Positions 49,737 through 62,599 of a DNA stretch of 64,000 nucleotides are shown piece after piece. The stretch comes from Fistulifera solaris. Lineage: Eukaryota. A model generated the notes under the pieces. The model worked only from the letters and a program-made list of their open reading frames with translations, searched no databases and was not told where the DNA came from. Where the stretch lies: NCBI GenBank assembly GCA_030295235.1, contig AP026146.1:744001-808000 (forward strand), given 5' to 3'. Position 1 is the first letter of the stretch. Each line of letters opens with the position of its first letter. Made by a program: the position numbers and the translations under genes.

Positions 49737-50097
49737 TTTTAAGAAGGAAGGATGAAGACGTGAACAGAGTGATGAAAGGGAGGGGAAACGAATAGACAAG
49801 ACAAAGGTGTATCTTCTTGCAACAAGTCCGAGATGTGCAACAACAAAACAAAAAAATCTTCGTTCATTTTTCTTTGGCTATTTCGCGCCGTTGGAAAAGG
49901 TTATGAGTTTATTCATGTTGTGTTCTTCGTATTCCTCCACGGCTGCTTCTCGGTCATGAATTTAGACGTAAGATTCTAAGGTTACTCGCAGACGCAGAGG
50001 CAGACGGCATTAACCCACGCTTGTTCGGCAAGTCAGAAATAATTTTAGGTTTATTGTTTATGCACTTCCCTAACTTCCTCCGTGTCTGAGTTATCTT

Positions 50098-51573
50098 TTA
50101 AAAGTTGAAATGGAAACGGGCGTTTCCTCCATTGAAACCTCTATGGTGTTGTGACCCAGTATGAAAGTTTTGACGGAAGAATTCGTGTGCAGAACGGGCT
50201 CCATGTCCCCCTTGATTGTCGAACACATTCTCCCCCCGGTCGTATTTGGCCCTATTTTCTTCATCACTCAGTACTTCATAGGCTTCGGAAATATCTTGGA
50301 ATTTCTTTTCGGCAAGCTCTTTGTCCTCGTTTTTATCAGGATGCCATTGAAGAGCGAGCTCGCGGTAGGCCTTCTTGATCTCTTTCTTACTCGCGTTTCT
50401 AGACACCCCGAGTATTTTGTAGTAATTCTTCTCCTTTGATTGTTTCAGCGCAATCTGAGCGTCCCGCAGTTTTTGCTTTGCTGTTTGTTGTTCTTGGACC
50501 CGATCTTCTGTTACTTCTACGGCACGCTGGAATGTTCGAACCGCTTCTTCGTATTTCTCTGCGTTCTGCTGAATCTCACCCAATGCCCAAAGAGTTTCAG
50601 TCGTTTCACCCGAGTCCTCCACATGAGCTTGGGCCACTTTAAGTGCATGTGCATGATCACCAGCTTTTGAGTACGCACGAGCAAGTGGAATTTGGAGAGA
50701 CCTTGCAAACGCCGTGTGTGTCTCATCGACCGCAATGGCTTGCAACCAGAATTCGAGAGCTTCCTTGTATTTTCCGTCATTGAAGGCATCGTCTCCCTTC
50801 TTCTTCTTCTTTTCAGTAGTCTTCAATGCCTTGTGTCCCTTTTTACATTCCTTGTGCTCTGGATCCAGTTTAAGGCCTTCTCGATAATGCAAAATCGCTT
50901 GTTCGTGTTCTCCTAATCTATGATAAGCCTGTCCTCGCAAGCGATACGCCTCGAGGTGCTGTGCATTCTGTTTGAGTAGTTTGCCGGTGTCACTAATCGT
51001 ACCATAGTAGTCTCCCAAATGAAAGAGGCTCTGCGCTTTCGGCCAGCGCAAATCGTCGCCTACCTCTACCATTCCTAGTGCCTGTTCATAAAAGAAAACA
51101 GCAGACTTGTAGTCACCCTGAACAAACGCGGCGTTGGCTTGCTCCATAGCTGCCTGACAGTCTGTCGCCGTTTTCATTTCCTTATAAAAATCTGCCGATC
51201 CCTCGCTGCTGTGCTCATTCAAGTACTTCTGATACTCCTCGACGGCTTGCACGCATTGACCCAGTTGCACTAATAATCTCGCTTTCATCGGCAAATACGT
51301 CTTGTCGAGTTCCGCCGCATTGCGAATGTCGTTTAAGGCAGCGTCGTATTGACGCTGTCTGCTACGCACTTTGTACAGCTGATAGTGATTAATTGCTTCA
51401 TGTGGCTCTTGCGATACAGCTTGCAAGAGATATTTAATGGCTTGAGGGTAATCTCTCGATTGTGCGACGGCTTCTTCCGCTGCGCGTCGTAATTTACCCG
51501 CGCTCCAGTCCTCCGTTACTTGTGCGCTACTCACAGCGATAAAGAATAGTTGAACAAGGATACGAGAGATCAT
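50098..51573 (-). CDS. DNAJC3: DnaJ subfamily C3 / P58IPK-like ER co-chaperone (TPR repeats + J domain)
   Basis: Signal peptide [17 protein letters not shown], multiple TPRs, [30 protein letters not shown]-terminal FHFNF. Confidence 0.9.
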   Translation of the reverse strand: MISRILVQLFFIAVSSAQVTEDWSAGKLRRAAEEAVAQSRDYPQAIKYLLQAVSQEPHEAINHYQLYKVRSRQRQYDAALNDIRNAAELDKTYLPMKARLLVQLGQCVQAVEEYQKYLNEHSSEGSADFYKEMKTATDCQAAMEQANAAFVQGDYKSAVFFYEQALGMVEVGDDLRWPKAQSLFHLGDYYGTISDTGKLLKQNAQHLEAYRLRGQAYHRLGEHEQAILHYREGLKLDPEHKECKKGHKALKTTEKKKKKGDDAFNDGKYKEALEFWLQAIAVDETHTAFARSLQIPLARAYSKAGDHAHALKVAQAHVEDSGETTETLWALGEIQQNAEKYEEAVRTFQRAVEVTEDRVQEQQTAKQKLRDAQIALKQSKEKNYYKILGVSRNASKKEIKKAYRELALQWHPDKNEDKELAEKKFQDISEAYEVLSDEENRAKYDRGENVFDNQGGHGARSAHEFFRQNFHTGSQHHRGFNGGNARFHFNF

Positions 51574-51982
51574 GATGGTAACTGTGGGAGGTGTTAATGG
51601 ACCAGTGCTTGCTTTTTCTTTGTTGATGTCCTCTGCCTTGGGTCTTCGGCGGTCACAACGAATATGACGAAATGAACGACGACACACAACGACCGCCCGC
51701 ATCGCTGCATCGCTGCTGGTAAACCGGTACTGCAGGTTAACTAAAAAATATACAATAGCTATCCGTTGCATCAAATGACTATAGAGAGAATGAGGAGTCG
51801 TTGAGAGATGAGAACGCATGACGCGTGCAGCCGCACTGACGTCGATGTCAACTTTCTAGCTGAAGCTTTCTTGCTAAGGCGCCCCCATCGAAAGGTAAAT
51901 AAAACACTCGAGAAAGCTTTCATAATAATGCGTAACTATGTAGATTAAAACGATATTTATCAGAGTTGGGCACCGGCGAGTT

Positions 51983-54900
51983 TCAATTAAATTGGTTAGC
52001 CATCAAAGAGTCGCTGAGCCAGTCTGTTACCGCACGATGGATTTGACCAACATGCTTGGCGCTTACTTTTTCAAGAGACTTTGCAGGCGGACCCGACCAG
52101 AATGAAGATTTGGGTGCCGATTCTATAGGCGAAGGATCGTCTTTCACCACCACTGGCTCCTTTACAGCTACGGTGCGAAAGAATGTCGACACAGTTTCCA
52201 AGCAATCAGAAGAAGAAGAAGAAGAAGAAGAAAAGTCCAATGGTCGGCGTTTTGTTCTGCCACCCACTCGATTCCAAATCTACAGAAATAATTGGAACTG
52301 GTTTGGCCGGAATGTTAGGAGAAACGCTTGACGGAACAGACGGTCGCATACAAGGTAAAGACACTCCAGCCCATACAGCTAGAATGGCCAAGGGAATAAC
52401 ACCAGCCAAGAGAATCTCCTGGCGCTTCTGCTTTGAAGGATCGGTCAAAGGAGCAACGGTGTCTATTGTAGGCGGCACCTCAATATCAGTCTGACCGTGC
52501 GATGCCAAAAATGTTTGCACACTACGCTCAACGCTCAGGACTAGGTCCTTCGCCTTGGAGTCGGACAATCGCTTTTCTTCTTCAGCACGGAGAACAGCCA
52601 TCTCTGACCTGCGCTTGGTTTCAGCAATAGCTATCTCAAGTTGTCCGATCTTTTTTTTGCCATTTGGATTCGTTGAGTCGATTTTCTTCATCAGCTTTGC
52701 TCAGGCACGACTGCAAAAATTCAGCTACTTGGTTTGACACCTCTAAACGACCTTCGACTTCAGCTAGTTGTCGCATTAGGTCATCAACTTTCTTAACGTG
52801 ATCACGACTGCTCCGATTCTGGGCTTCGAGTTCTTCTTCTTTCAAGCGCAATAGCATCGTCAAATTGTTCAGCTTGGCTTCAACATCCTTTCTTTTCTCC
52901 TTCAGTTCACGTTTCTCATCTTCAACATTGGAAAGTGATGTCTGTAATGTCTCTACCCGGCGACCGCTTTCGGCTAATTGAGTTTCCATTTCGACTATTT
53001 TCTTTTGAGAACGTGCTTCGCTGATTCGCTTCTCCTCCTCAAGTCTGCTAGAGCAGGTCCGACTAAACTTAGTAATCTTGTCGGACTCCGCAAGCTGACC
53101 CTCAACCTCTACAATATGAGCAATAAGCTCTTCCATTTTAGCCGCTTGCTCGCTAATACTCTTGTCCCTGGCAGCAATTAATTGGTCCTTTTCGCGTAAT
53201 TGGCTATGGAATAGTTCGAGTTGACCTGTAAGCTCCTCGAGGCGGGAGGCGTGTGTTGAACGCAATTCTAGGGATTGGTTGAGATTCACTCGTAGTAGCT
53301 GAACCTCTTTGGTTGAGTCTAACAATCGCGAATCAAGTTCATGAATTTGCTTTTGAGGTCAGCCTCCATTTTTGCTTTTCTTCTTCTATGGCGTTGATTC
53401 TGTTCTGAGGAGACGAGGAATGGCCCTTAATCTCAGCCAGGGCCGATTCCAACGTCGTCACTCGCAGCTGAAATGATTTTAACTCTGCTTCCAACTTCAC
53501 ACATTGTTCACCACGCTCTCTGTAAAGTTCGGCCTCTTCTGCATGTTCGGCAATGCACTTTGCGAGCTCAGACCTAGATGCTTCAAGCTCATCAGCAAGA
53601 GACTGCTCCGTCTGCTGGGCTTGCTCGAAACGGTTTTGCAATGTGGCATATTCCGTCTGAGAAAAAGCCCTGTCCGCCTCCATACCGGCCAGCAGGTTCG
53701 TCAGCTCACTAATCCTAGCCTCTAATGCACATCTGACGTCTTCCAAGACATCAGGCTGCGATTCGAAGTCATCTAACTGCTTCTGAAGGCAAGACATTTG
53801 ATTCTCAAAAACCTTTACAGCTCGACCCTGCAATTCGCTGTCCTCTACTGCTCTCTTCAAGGCTTCTTCTTGAAAAGAGTACTTCTCTTCGGATGATAGT
53901 AGAGATACTTTGAGTTCTTCAACCTCATTCTCAAGAGCGTCTACTTGTGCTTGGAGCGCTGGTGCTTCGTTTTCTAGTTGAGCCTGTTGAAACACTTCGT
54001 TTAACTGCGAGAGCTGTTGCTCTAGTTCAAGTGATTTTTGTTCAGCAGACTCGAGTGCTTGTTGCACTTGCTGGACATTTTCTTTAGACAAAATCGCCTC
54101 TTGTTGCGACGCTTCAAGCATCGACTGCAGGTCTTGGATAATGGCCGACCTTCCATCATCTGACGATCGAGTCGTTGCATCGCTTGCTTCCGCCAGTTGT
54201 TTTTGCAAATCTTCGATTTTTGCGTCCGACGCTTCCTTGTCATCAAGAGCTTTTTCGAGTGCTACTTTTGCCAAACCAGCAACCTGGTCTATTTCCGCTA
54301 GTTTTGACTCCAGCTCTGCGATTTGATCCACCAGTTTGAGCCTATCAGCTTCTGCTTCACGAAAAGCTTCGTTTGATCGGCCCTTCATTTCTTCAAGTTG
54401 TGCTTTGTAGTCAGATAGCTCCTTTTCCGCATCTTGTTTCATTTTCAATTTCCCATCTTGCTGCTGGCGAAGATCGTCGAGAGCGTTTTCCGAAGCTTGA
54501 AGCTCGGCTCCTTTCTCTGCCAGCTGTTCAATTAAATCATGAATTTGGGCTTTCAGCTGTTCTCGTTCTTCTTTTCGTTCACTTTGTGCTCGTTCAAGAC
54601 TAGCACACGATTCCGCAAGCTTTGCTTTGAGATCGTCAATTGTTCTCTCCAGCAGAATTACATTATCCTCTGCGACTTGCTTGGCCGACCTGACTTCGTC
54701 TAAGACATCCGCCCAATCTTGTGCTTGCTTTGATACACAGGCAGCTTTCTCTTCCATCTGCTGAATGTGAATGTTACGCTGCTCCAGAGTTTTAGTAAGC
54801 GAGTTGGCATGTTCTACGGATGCTCTCAACTCTGATTCTTTTTGGTTGACTTGTTCCTCCAAGACGTATAGGTTGGACTCCAAATTTGCGAGCGCCGTCT

Positions 54901-56110
54901 GCTTTCCCGCTAATTCTTCTTGCGCGTACACGTACGCCGAGCATGTCTCTGTCAACTTGTCTTCTGTCGTTTTCAAGTGAGACTGTAGACTGATGACGTC
55001 GGAGGTCAAGGATGAAATTACACTTTTGCTCGAAAGCGCGGCATCCTCCATGCCTTGTAGTTCGGATTCTTTTGTCACCAGAGTCGACTGCAGCATACCC
55101 AGTTCCTGCGACAATTGCTCTTTAGCTGCAGCTTGCGCTTGAACTGACAATTCAAGTCGGTCCATGTTTCTCTTCGTCTCTTCTAATGCTGTCATGGTAT
55201 CATTCAGAGCAGCTTCTTTATCCTTGAGTCGTCTTGCCAAGGCATCACGCTCTTCTTCCGCCGAACGCGCCAAGAAACGAAGATGTTCGATAAAGCCTTC
55301 GTCTTCATAGTCAGAAGCTCCCATCACCCGATTCTTGCTCTGCTGCAAATCCGCAAGCTGCGTCGCGAGTTGAACAATCTGTGTTGCTTGATCAAGATTC
55401 TTCTTTTCCAACAGGCCGATTTTGTCATCACGGATCTTTTGAACTTGCTTAAGCTCCATGATGTGCGACTCTAGCCTTACTTTTTCTTCAATCATAGAGC
55501 GTTTTTCTTCTTCGGAGTGGGATAGGTGTTCTTGCAAGAAGTCTGCAACATTACTGCTCATTGGGAGTTGGCGTTGAGGCTGGGTCGTCAGGAAGCTAGA
55601 ATCATTCGGAGCTGACTTCTCTGTAACAAGTTTGCTTTGACTCAGTAGAGTTTCCATGTGTGATAGTTTTTGCTCTAGTTGTTTCCGATCGGCAGCGATA
55701 GCCAAGTCGCTGTTTTGAAGCGCCTTCAAAGTGTCCTGATAGGAACCGTCTAATTTTGCCCGAGCACCTCCATTTGCAAGATGAGCTCTTGAATTTTGAC
55801 TGACTTCTTCTCCAGCTCGTTCTCGAGTGATCCGATGCGGGAATCCTTGCTTTCTAGCTGCCGAAGTAGGGCGTCGAGTTCGGTCGATAAGTCATCTTCG
55901 TTGCGAAATTCCATGCGACTTTTCAAGTTATCCAGTTGCTGGCCTAATTCTTTCGCCTTGGCTTCTTGCTGCATACGCCGAAACTGCAAGGAAGACGAGA
56001 CTGTAGCCATTTTCTCTTCTTTTGCAATGAGATATGATGCGTGTTTTAATGTCAACAAGGATTTTGAACTGTCGGAAGATGTTTCGATGCCTGTGCCGCT
56101 GAGAACGTTC
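51983..56110 (-). CDS. Very long coiled-coil protein with a near-C-terminal TM segment (5 ORF pieces joined by frameshifts)
   Basis: ORFs 55750..56058, 53339..55729, 52636..53325, 52206..52691 and 51983..52267 abut on one strand; TM ILLAGVIPLAILAVWAGVSL. The start is uncertain. Confidence 0.7.
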
Positions 56111-56728
56111 CTCTGACAGCCCCCAACTTGGGGGTGATGACCGCGATCTTCCCATCTCTTTGTTCGCTGTTCGCCGAAAACGGCGTATCAAAATGTATTG
56201 CCACGCTATCTCACTGGGCCTCATTGAGGTCAAGAGTTTACTAATAACGAATAACCACTGGCTTTCCTAAAAGCCCAACGAACTTGCCGTCAATCGTTCA
56301 CTTTGATTTAACCTGTCTATCTTTGGGAGTGGGGGCAATAGTCTGAATACCGTATGGAATCCGAAGTATTGAATTAGTGCCTCTGAGCTCTGAGCCTTTG
56401 AGAGAACGCAGACAGGGTCATAAAAGGTATGGTGGAAAGTCTACAAAGTATGGGGAAAGGATTGGAGAAATAAATGTGAAACGTCATTACGGATACAGTA
56501 GATAAGATTGTCCGCTCAACCGGTCTTTCTGGTCATTATTCCGAAAGGTGAAAGGAAAAAGACTCGACATTCGACACCAAATCGCAAACCGCACCTCATC
56601 GTTGTCTTTTTGCTGTCTTTTTTCGCGAAAAAAGTCACTTGCATAGGTGAACGCTTTCAGCAACAACAAAATCGAAGGCATTATCAATTGATCGATAGGT
56701 TATCAATAGCAAGCGGATACATTCAGGG

Positions 56729-59300
56729 ATGAGTTCTCGAAGCGATGACCATCTGCTTCAGCAGTTGCAGCAGTTGCAAAAGAACTAGCGCAAAAAGAAG
56801 TCGCCTTGGGCCAACAAGACATTCTCTGCAAAGATCAGGCGAACAAGATCGAAGAGTTGGTCAAACAGATGGCTGAAATGGAAGATCATTTGAATCATAG
56901 TTACAATCAGACGCTCGAGTCTCTCTATGCGGGCATGATGCAGGCAAAGAGGAGAAAGAAGAGCTCATGGAACAAATGGCCGAATTGGAGTCTCAAGTTG
57001 AAGCCGCAAAAGAAGTCAAGGAAATGATCCTAGAACAACCGGCAACTACAGCAGAAGATTCGGAAGAACTTCTATCTCTTCGCGAGAAGCTTGCCGACTT
57101 GGAGAAGCGCTTGGAAGAATCGAATCAACAATTGCGCTTTTTGGAGGGATCGGCGCAAAAAGCCCAGGACGAGAAGCGCCATTATGAAGAGCGAGCCCTG
57201 ACTCTACAAGCCGAGATCCTAAAACTCAACGATATCCTCAAAGAAAAAGAAAGCGCTCTTGCCATGGCAGAAATGAGCGCTCAGAAGGAAAGCTCAAATG
57301 ACGGCATCTGCACGTTTGATTCAAGCCACTACACCTGCCGTAGGGGCGCCCGTTTCTTATTCAAACACAAGCGACGAGCTTTGCACACGACTTGCTGAGT
57401 TAGAAAGTCGTCTTGGCGTGTCCAACAGAGTTGCAGACTTCTTGCAGAAAAGCTTACAAAAGGCAGAGGAGCAATCGCATCACTTCAAAAATCAAAAATC
57501 GCAACTGGCAGCTGAACTCGAGACGATCAAGCGTCAACTTTTGGAGAATGCTTCGAAACTAAAAGAATCGAATGAAAAAGCCAATAAACAAGAACTTCAG
57601 ATCCAAGAACTGATCAAAAAACTTGAAGCTGCTGAAAAGTCGCTCAGTTCTACTTACCAACACCGTGAAGCAAAGGTTCAAGAAGCGGTCGAGTCAGCCA
57701 ATTCCGGCCAAAAGGAACTGCGCCACAAGATTTCGCAGCTCGAGTTCCGTCTCACAGAATCCCGTCGATTCGCTGAATTTGTTCAGAGTAGCCTGAACAA
57801 ATTGAAGATTGAAAAGGAGACTAATGAGGCAAAGAGCAATGCGACGATTGCCAATCTTGAATTCAAACTAAAAGAAGGAAGCCGTGTCAGTCAGTTCGTG
57901 CAGCAAACCTTGGAACGAAAGACAAGTGAGTTTAAGCAGCTAGAGTTGGCATCGATGGGCGAAAAGAAACAATTGGAGTTCAAAGTGGCCGAAGCTTCGC
58001 GCATGACTGTGTTTTTACAGAATAAGCTCAAGGAAACGGAGAAGAAGTCATCCGCAGAAATTGCAAATCTTCAGTTCAGACTTACCGAAGCTACACGCAT
58101 GACACAGTTTCTCACGACGAACGCTAACAAAGCGGCTGAAAATATGCGAAAGCAGCGCGACGAAATGAATTTGCTTGAAAAGCAGCTAGAGACAACTCGC
58201 GGAGAGCTAGCTGCGGCAAAGTCGGCCTCGAAAGCTAAAGACGGAATTCTTGCTGCTCATAGCGAAACAGTTACGGAATTGCGACGCAAAGTTGGAGAGC
58301 TCGAAAGCCGATTGTCGGTATCAAACCGCGTATGTGATTTTCTGCAGACCAATCTCAGCAAGGCGGAAGAAATGAAGAGGATGGCAGAAATGCGCCGCGA
58401 CGATGTTGAGAAGCAATTGTCAATTCTCACGAATCAGCTTTCAGAAACACAAAGTAAGATGCAAGTGTTGTCGCAGATGAGCGATGACCAAGCCAAGAAA
58501 ATCGCAACCCTGATGAAAGAGATCGCAGATACAACCGACAGTCTCACCCAGACTCACAAGAGTGTCTTGGCGGAAAGGAATACTGCTTTGGAGACCAAAG
58601 AAGAGGAGACAAAATATCTTGCAGCCCAAATTGCTCAATTAGAGTTTCGTGTAACAGAGTCACAGCGCTTATCTACTTTTGTGCAATCCAAAATGAAAAG
58701 CTTGGAGACCGACAAGAACGAGCAGGCTGCAAAGTACGAAGCTGAGATAGCTCAACTCAAGTTCAAAGCAACAGAAAGTTCGCGCATGGCTGTGTTTGCT
58801 CAGGCGGCTGTTACGAAAGTCGGCGAAGAAAAGAAATCGATTGAGACGAAGGCAGCTAGAGAAAAGGCAAAACTAGAGTTCAATTTGGCGGAAGCAAAAG
58901 AATGACGACTTTTCTGACGAATAAGCTGAAGGATACTGAGAACACGTTACAAGGTTGTCTGAAAGACCTTGAGTTCAAATTGACAGAGTCGAATCGAGTC
59001 TCCAAGTATCAGCAAACTTCTCTTGCACGTCTTGACAGAGAAAAGCAGTGTCTGGTAAGTGAAAAGGCTGAACTAGAATTCCAGATAGACCAGTTGAAGC
59101 AGAATCTCGAAGAAAAAGAACTAGAGCTTTTCGCCCGCGACAACTATACTTCTGAATTTAAGAAGAGGATTAGCGATTTGCAATCTCAGATGGCAATGGC
59201 AGAAGGAAAGCTTTCGGTAGCGTATCGCATGAACGATTTCTTGACGAAAAGCTTAAGCCAGGCCGAAGAAGAAAAAAGAATGCTTCAGTCGGGACACTAA
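56729..59300 (+). CDS. Coiled-coil repeat protein, paralogue of the adjacent minus-strand gene (frameshifted pieces)
   Basis: ORFs 56806..57027, 56967..57398, 57298..58905 and 58902..59300 abut; repeated LEF(R/K)..ES.R...F.Q..L units; candidate ATG at 56729. Confidence 0.72.
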
Positions 59301-59687
59301 GGTCAAAGTCAGCGAGTTGCTGTGCACGCCTCTGTCCGGTGTTTAACAACCATTAAGTTGTTCCAGATATAAAATATAGCTCTTCATAATAACTTACTTC
59401 CCCCGAGGAACTCGATAGTAAATTCCGCAATTTATTGTTCATTGTTGATTATTCAATGCCACTGGTATTTTTGTTTGATCGACGCACTTTCTCTTGCTAC
59501 ATAATACGTAGTATCGGGTAAGGCTCAAGGAGACGAGTTGGAGAAAAAGATTTTTTCCGGAGAATGCCCAACTGGAAGATACGGGAATAAGGCCCTGACT
59601 GTTGCATTGTACTTATGTGTACACCCTTTTCTACACTAATAGAAATTGTCGATCCACTATATAGTATAATGTACTATAAAGTTTTAA

Positions 59688-60602
59688 GCCTTATCCTATA
59701 TAGCGCGCAAGCCGAAAATTACATAAACACTAACTTTCATCAAAATCTGATGAAAGTGTGCAACTTCTCATCATGCAACGGAAACTTTCATCAAAATATG
59801 ATGAAAGTGTACAACTTCTCATCACGAATGACTATTGATCAGTCACGAAAGAAAAGTTCATCACAAAAATCATTAGAGTTAAAATCGTTCGTCGCTTCCA
59901 GGTACCGGTACTCATCGCACATCGGACGGATGCTGCGTTTTGACTTTACGCGGCGTCAACCTTTCTTGCTAGCTCTTTTTGATGTATCCCATCTATCCTA
60001 ATGATTTTGTCGTCTTCTTGAAAAATGTGCTTCCAAACGCTTCTTGTGAAAAAGCCATCAGGGTCATCTGTCAGCTGCAAGTCTCGAATAAGGTGGGCGT
60101 ATTCAATCGGCGACGATCCGTAATAAGCCTTGAATCGTCGAATTTTGGTTGGGAGTTTCGTGTTTCAAACCGGCGCAAAAAGGCCAGCCCTCGAGATTTC
60201 TTCGGGGGTAAGAACCAACATAGTAACGTTTACTGAGTGATATGAGAATGTTTTTGTTGATGGAGAACGCATGTTTTGTAAAATCGAAAAGGTGCGAGTG
60301 TTTTTGGTTTTTGGCAACTCGCCAATCCTTAATGCACTCGGTGACTGGATAACGTCTAAGTGAAGAACAACTTTCATCAAATTTGATGAAAGTGTACAAC
60401 TTTCTCATCATATTCTGATGAAAGCATCACTTCACCTTGAAGTGGAGAACTATACTGATATTTGATATTTATTCCTAATTCCTAAATTCCTCAAGTCAGC
60501 AACGGAAACTTTCATTCCTATTTGATGAAAGTTCTACACTTTCATCATATATCTTTGTGACGCGCACGGCAGCGTCTTTAATATAAGCATTAGATATAAG
60601 CC
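59688..60602 (-). mobile_element. Probable non-autonomous PIF/Harbinger-like DNA transposon remnant
   Basis: TAA on both flanks; imperfect short terminal inverted ends (GCCTTAT... / ...ATAAGCC); palindromic repeats at both subtermini; degenerate minus-strand peptide MLVLTPEEISRAGL...RRFKAYYGSSPIEYAHLIRDLQLT, resembling from memory the N-terminus of diatom DDE_Tnp_4 proteins. Confidence 0.4.
59733..60547. repeat. Dispersed palindromic repeat ACTTTCATCA-N4/5-TGATGAAAGT
   Basis: Copies at 59733-59757, 59784-59808, 60370-60393 (perfect palindrome), 60399-60425 and 60508-60532 (imperfect), plus half-sites. Confidence 0.9.
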
Positions 60603-61261
60603 TAAATTAATTTAGCGTAACCGATAATGAAACGGATGAATGTGGCACTCAATTGTACTGTTTTTTCAATGTCATGTAACGTGGTGTGACATTTCCCGCA
60701 TCTTCCTGGGAATCTCTAATTGCAAAACTTTTGGGAAACACGGCCCTCCGCGCGTTTTCGCGGGCCTACCTCACGTTGTTCTTGTCTCTTCTGAAAAAAC
60801 CGGGCTCGCTCTATATGAATAGATGATAATTTATATGATATAAATCCGTTGATGATTTGTGTTCACGACCTTACTATTTTCGCCTTTTACGATGGTCTTC
60901 TGCAAAAAAATCATCACGCAGAGTTGCCTCAAGTACTTCATTGAAAAGATAGGAAGGGTCATCAAGATGCTAAATTGAAGTATGATAATGGTTTACAACA
61001 AAGATTATCAACAGAACTCTAGTTTGTAAATAACATAAATGTTACAAAAGCTCCAACTATTAAAAGATTTCCAACTATTGCTGAGATAGCAAATATTGCA
61101 ACACTTCCAACGATTGCAAAACGTCAACTTATTTCACACTTCCAACTATTGTAGGACTTCAAACTATTGCAAACTTCCCACTTCTTACTTGTCACACATC
61201 TCACTTCTATCTCACTTCAAAGCGTCTCACTTCTCAGATTTCACTTCTCACTTCTCACATC

Positions 61262-61765
61262 CTAACATGTCCACCTATTGCAACATGTCCCCCTATTGAA
61301 ACACGTCAGCTTATTGCAGAACGTCCAACTATTGCAGAATGTCCGACTATTGTAACATGTCCGACTATTGCAACATGTCGGACTATTGAAACATGTCCGA
61401 CTATTGCAACATGTCCAACTATTGCAACATGTCGGACTATTGACTAACGTCCGACTATTGCAGAACGTCCGACTATTGTAACATGTCCGACTATTGCAGA
61501 GCGTCCGACTATTGCAGAACATCCGACTATTGTAACATGTCCTACTATTGCAGAACATCCAACTATTGTAACATGTCCGACTATTGCAGAACGTCCGACT
61601 ATTGAAACATGTCCGACTATTGCATCATGTCCGACTATTGCAGAATGTCCGACTATTGCAGAGCGTCCGACTATTGCAGAATGTCTGACTATTGCAGAAC
61701 GTCCGACTATTGCAGAATGTCTGACTATTGAAATATGTCCGACTATTGCAGAACGTGCGACTAAC
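61262..61765. repeat. 18-bp tandem minisatellite, about 28 copies (degenerate copies at 61050-61170)
   Basis: Units CTATTGCAGAACGTCCGA, CTATTGTAACATGTCCGA and variants in register. Confidence 0.95.
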
Positions 61766-62599
61766 AGAATCACACTTTTGTAACTTTCATCCTTTTATCT
61801 CTTGCTATTTTCTTCTTCTGAAAACACATTGTTGTTATGCTGCGTTTTCACTTGTAAGGTAAAGCCTCACTCACCACACTATTCACTTACAAAGGTTTGC
61901 ATTTGAATATCGGTATCGTTTGCACTCGGATGGCAACCTGCAAATTTTGTCAATCGAGTCTTTTATGATGCAGGATGCAGGTGCCAAATTATTTGGGTGA
62001 TTAGTAACGGGTGTTTATTTTCAAATTCATTTATTTGATGTTGGCAGTTCTTGACAAATCTTTCACGTCGGAATTCGTTGTGGCGGTATATAATACCCCC
62101 TGAGTAGCATTTACATCATACATATAGTATCTTAGTAGCATGCTCACGACAGGATTTGAGTCACGAAGCCTGCCATTTTCAATTCGACTGTAAATATAAT
62201 AGTAAAATAAATACGCCGCAAGCCGCAAGCAGCTGGGTCTCTTTTGCTAAAAGAAAAATAAAAAAGCTTAAACTCGCCCATTATTACTGCCGATGACGAA
62301 CCTATCATCGTCGGTAACTGTTCGACCCGTGGCGACTCTAGACTGTACCAGTACCACTTTCATCACACATTGCGTCTGAACGAACACGCCTCGGGACACC
62401 ACGTAACAGCAGCCATCGACAAGCGGCACATTCCTTCATCACGACGGCCCAACATTATTAACAGTAACCCACAACGAGCCTTCCGCTGATGACACGCAGC
62501 AGTATTGAACACACAGCACCACCCGTCTTCACTGCTTCGCAATGTATACACGAAAAAGCCTCCTAGTAGCGGCCACCAACACGAATTCACCACGTCTCC

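Noticed and set aside
52206..52235. Poly-Phe C-terminus of ORF 52206..52691
   Set aside because: Out-of-frame reading of a (GAA)n tract; the adjacent frame gives poly-Ser and continues to 51983.
59733..60547. C/D box snoRNA cluster (TGATGA boxes)
   Set aside because: TGATGA is simply one arm of a DNA palindrome; there is no consistent C...D box organisation.
61262..61765. CRISPR or telomeric array
   Set aside because: The 18-bp units are contiguous without spacers and do not resemble TTAGGG-type telomere repeats.
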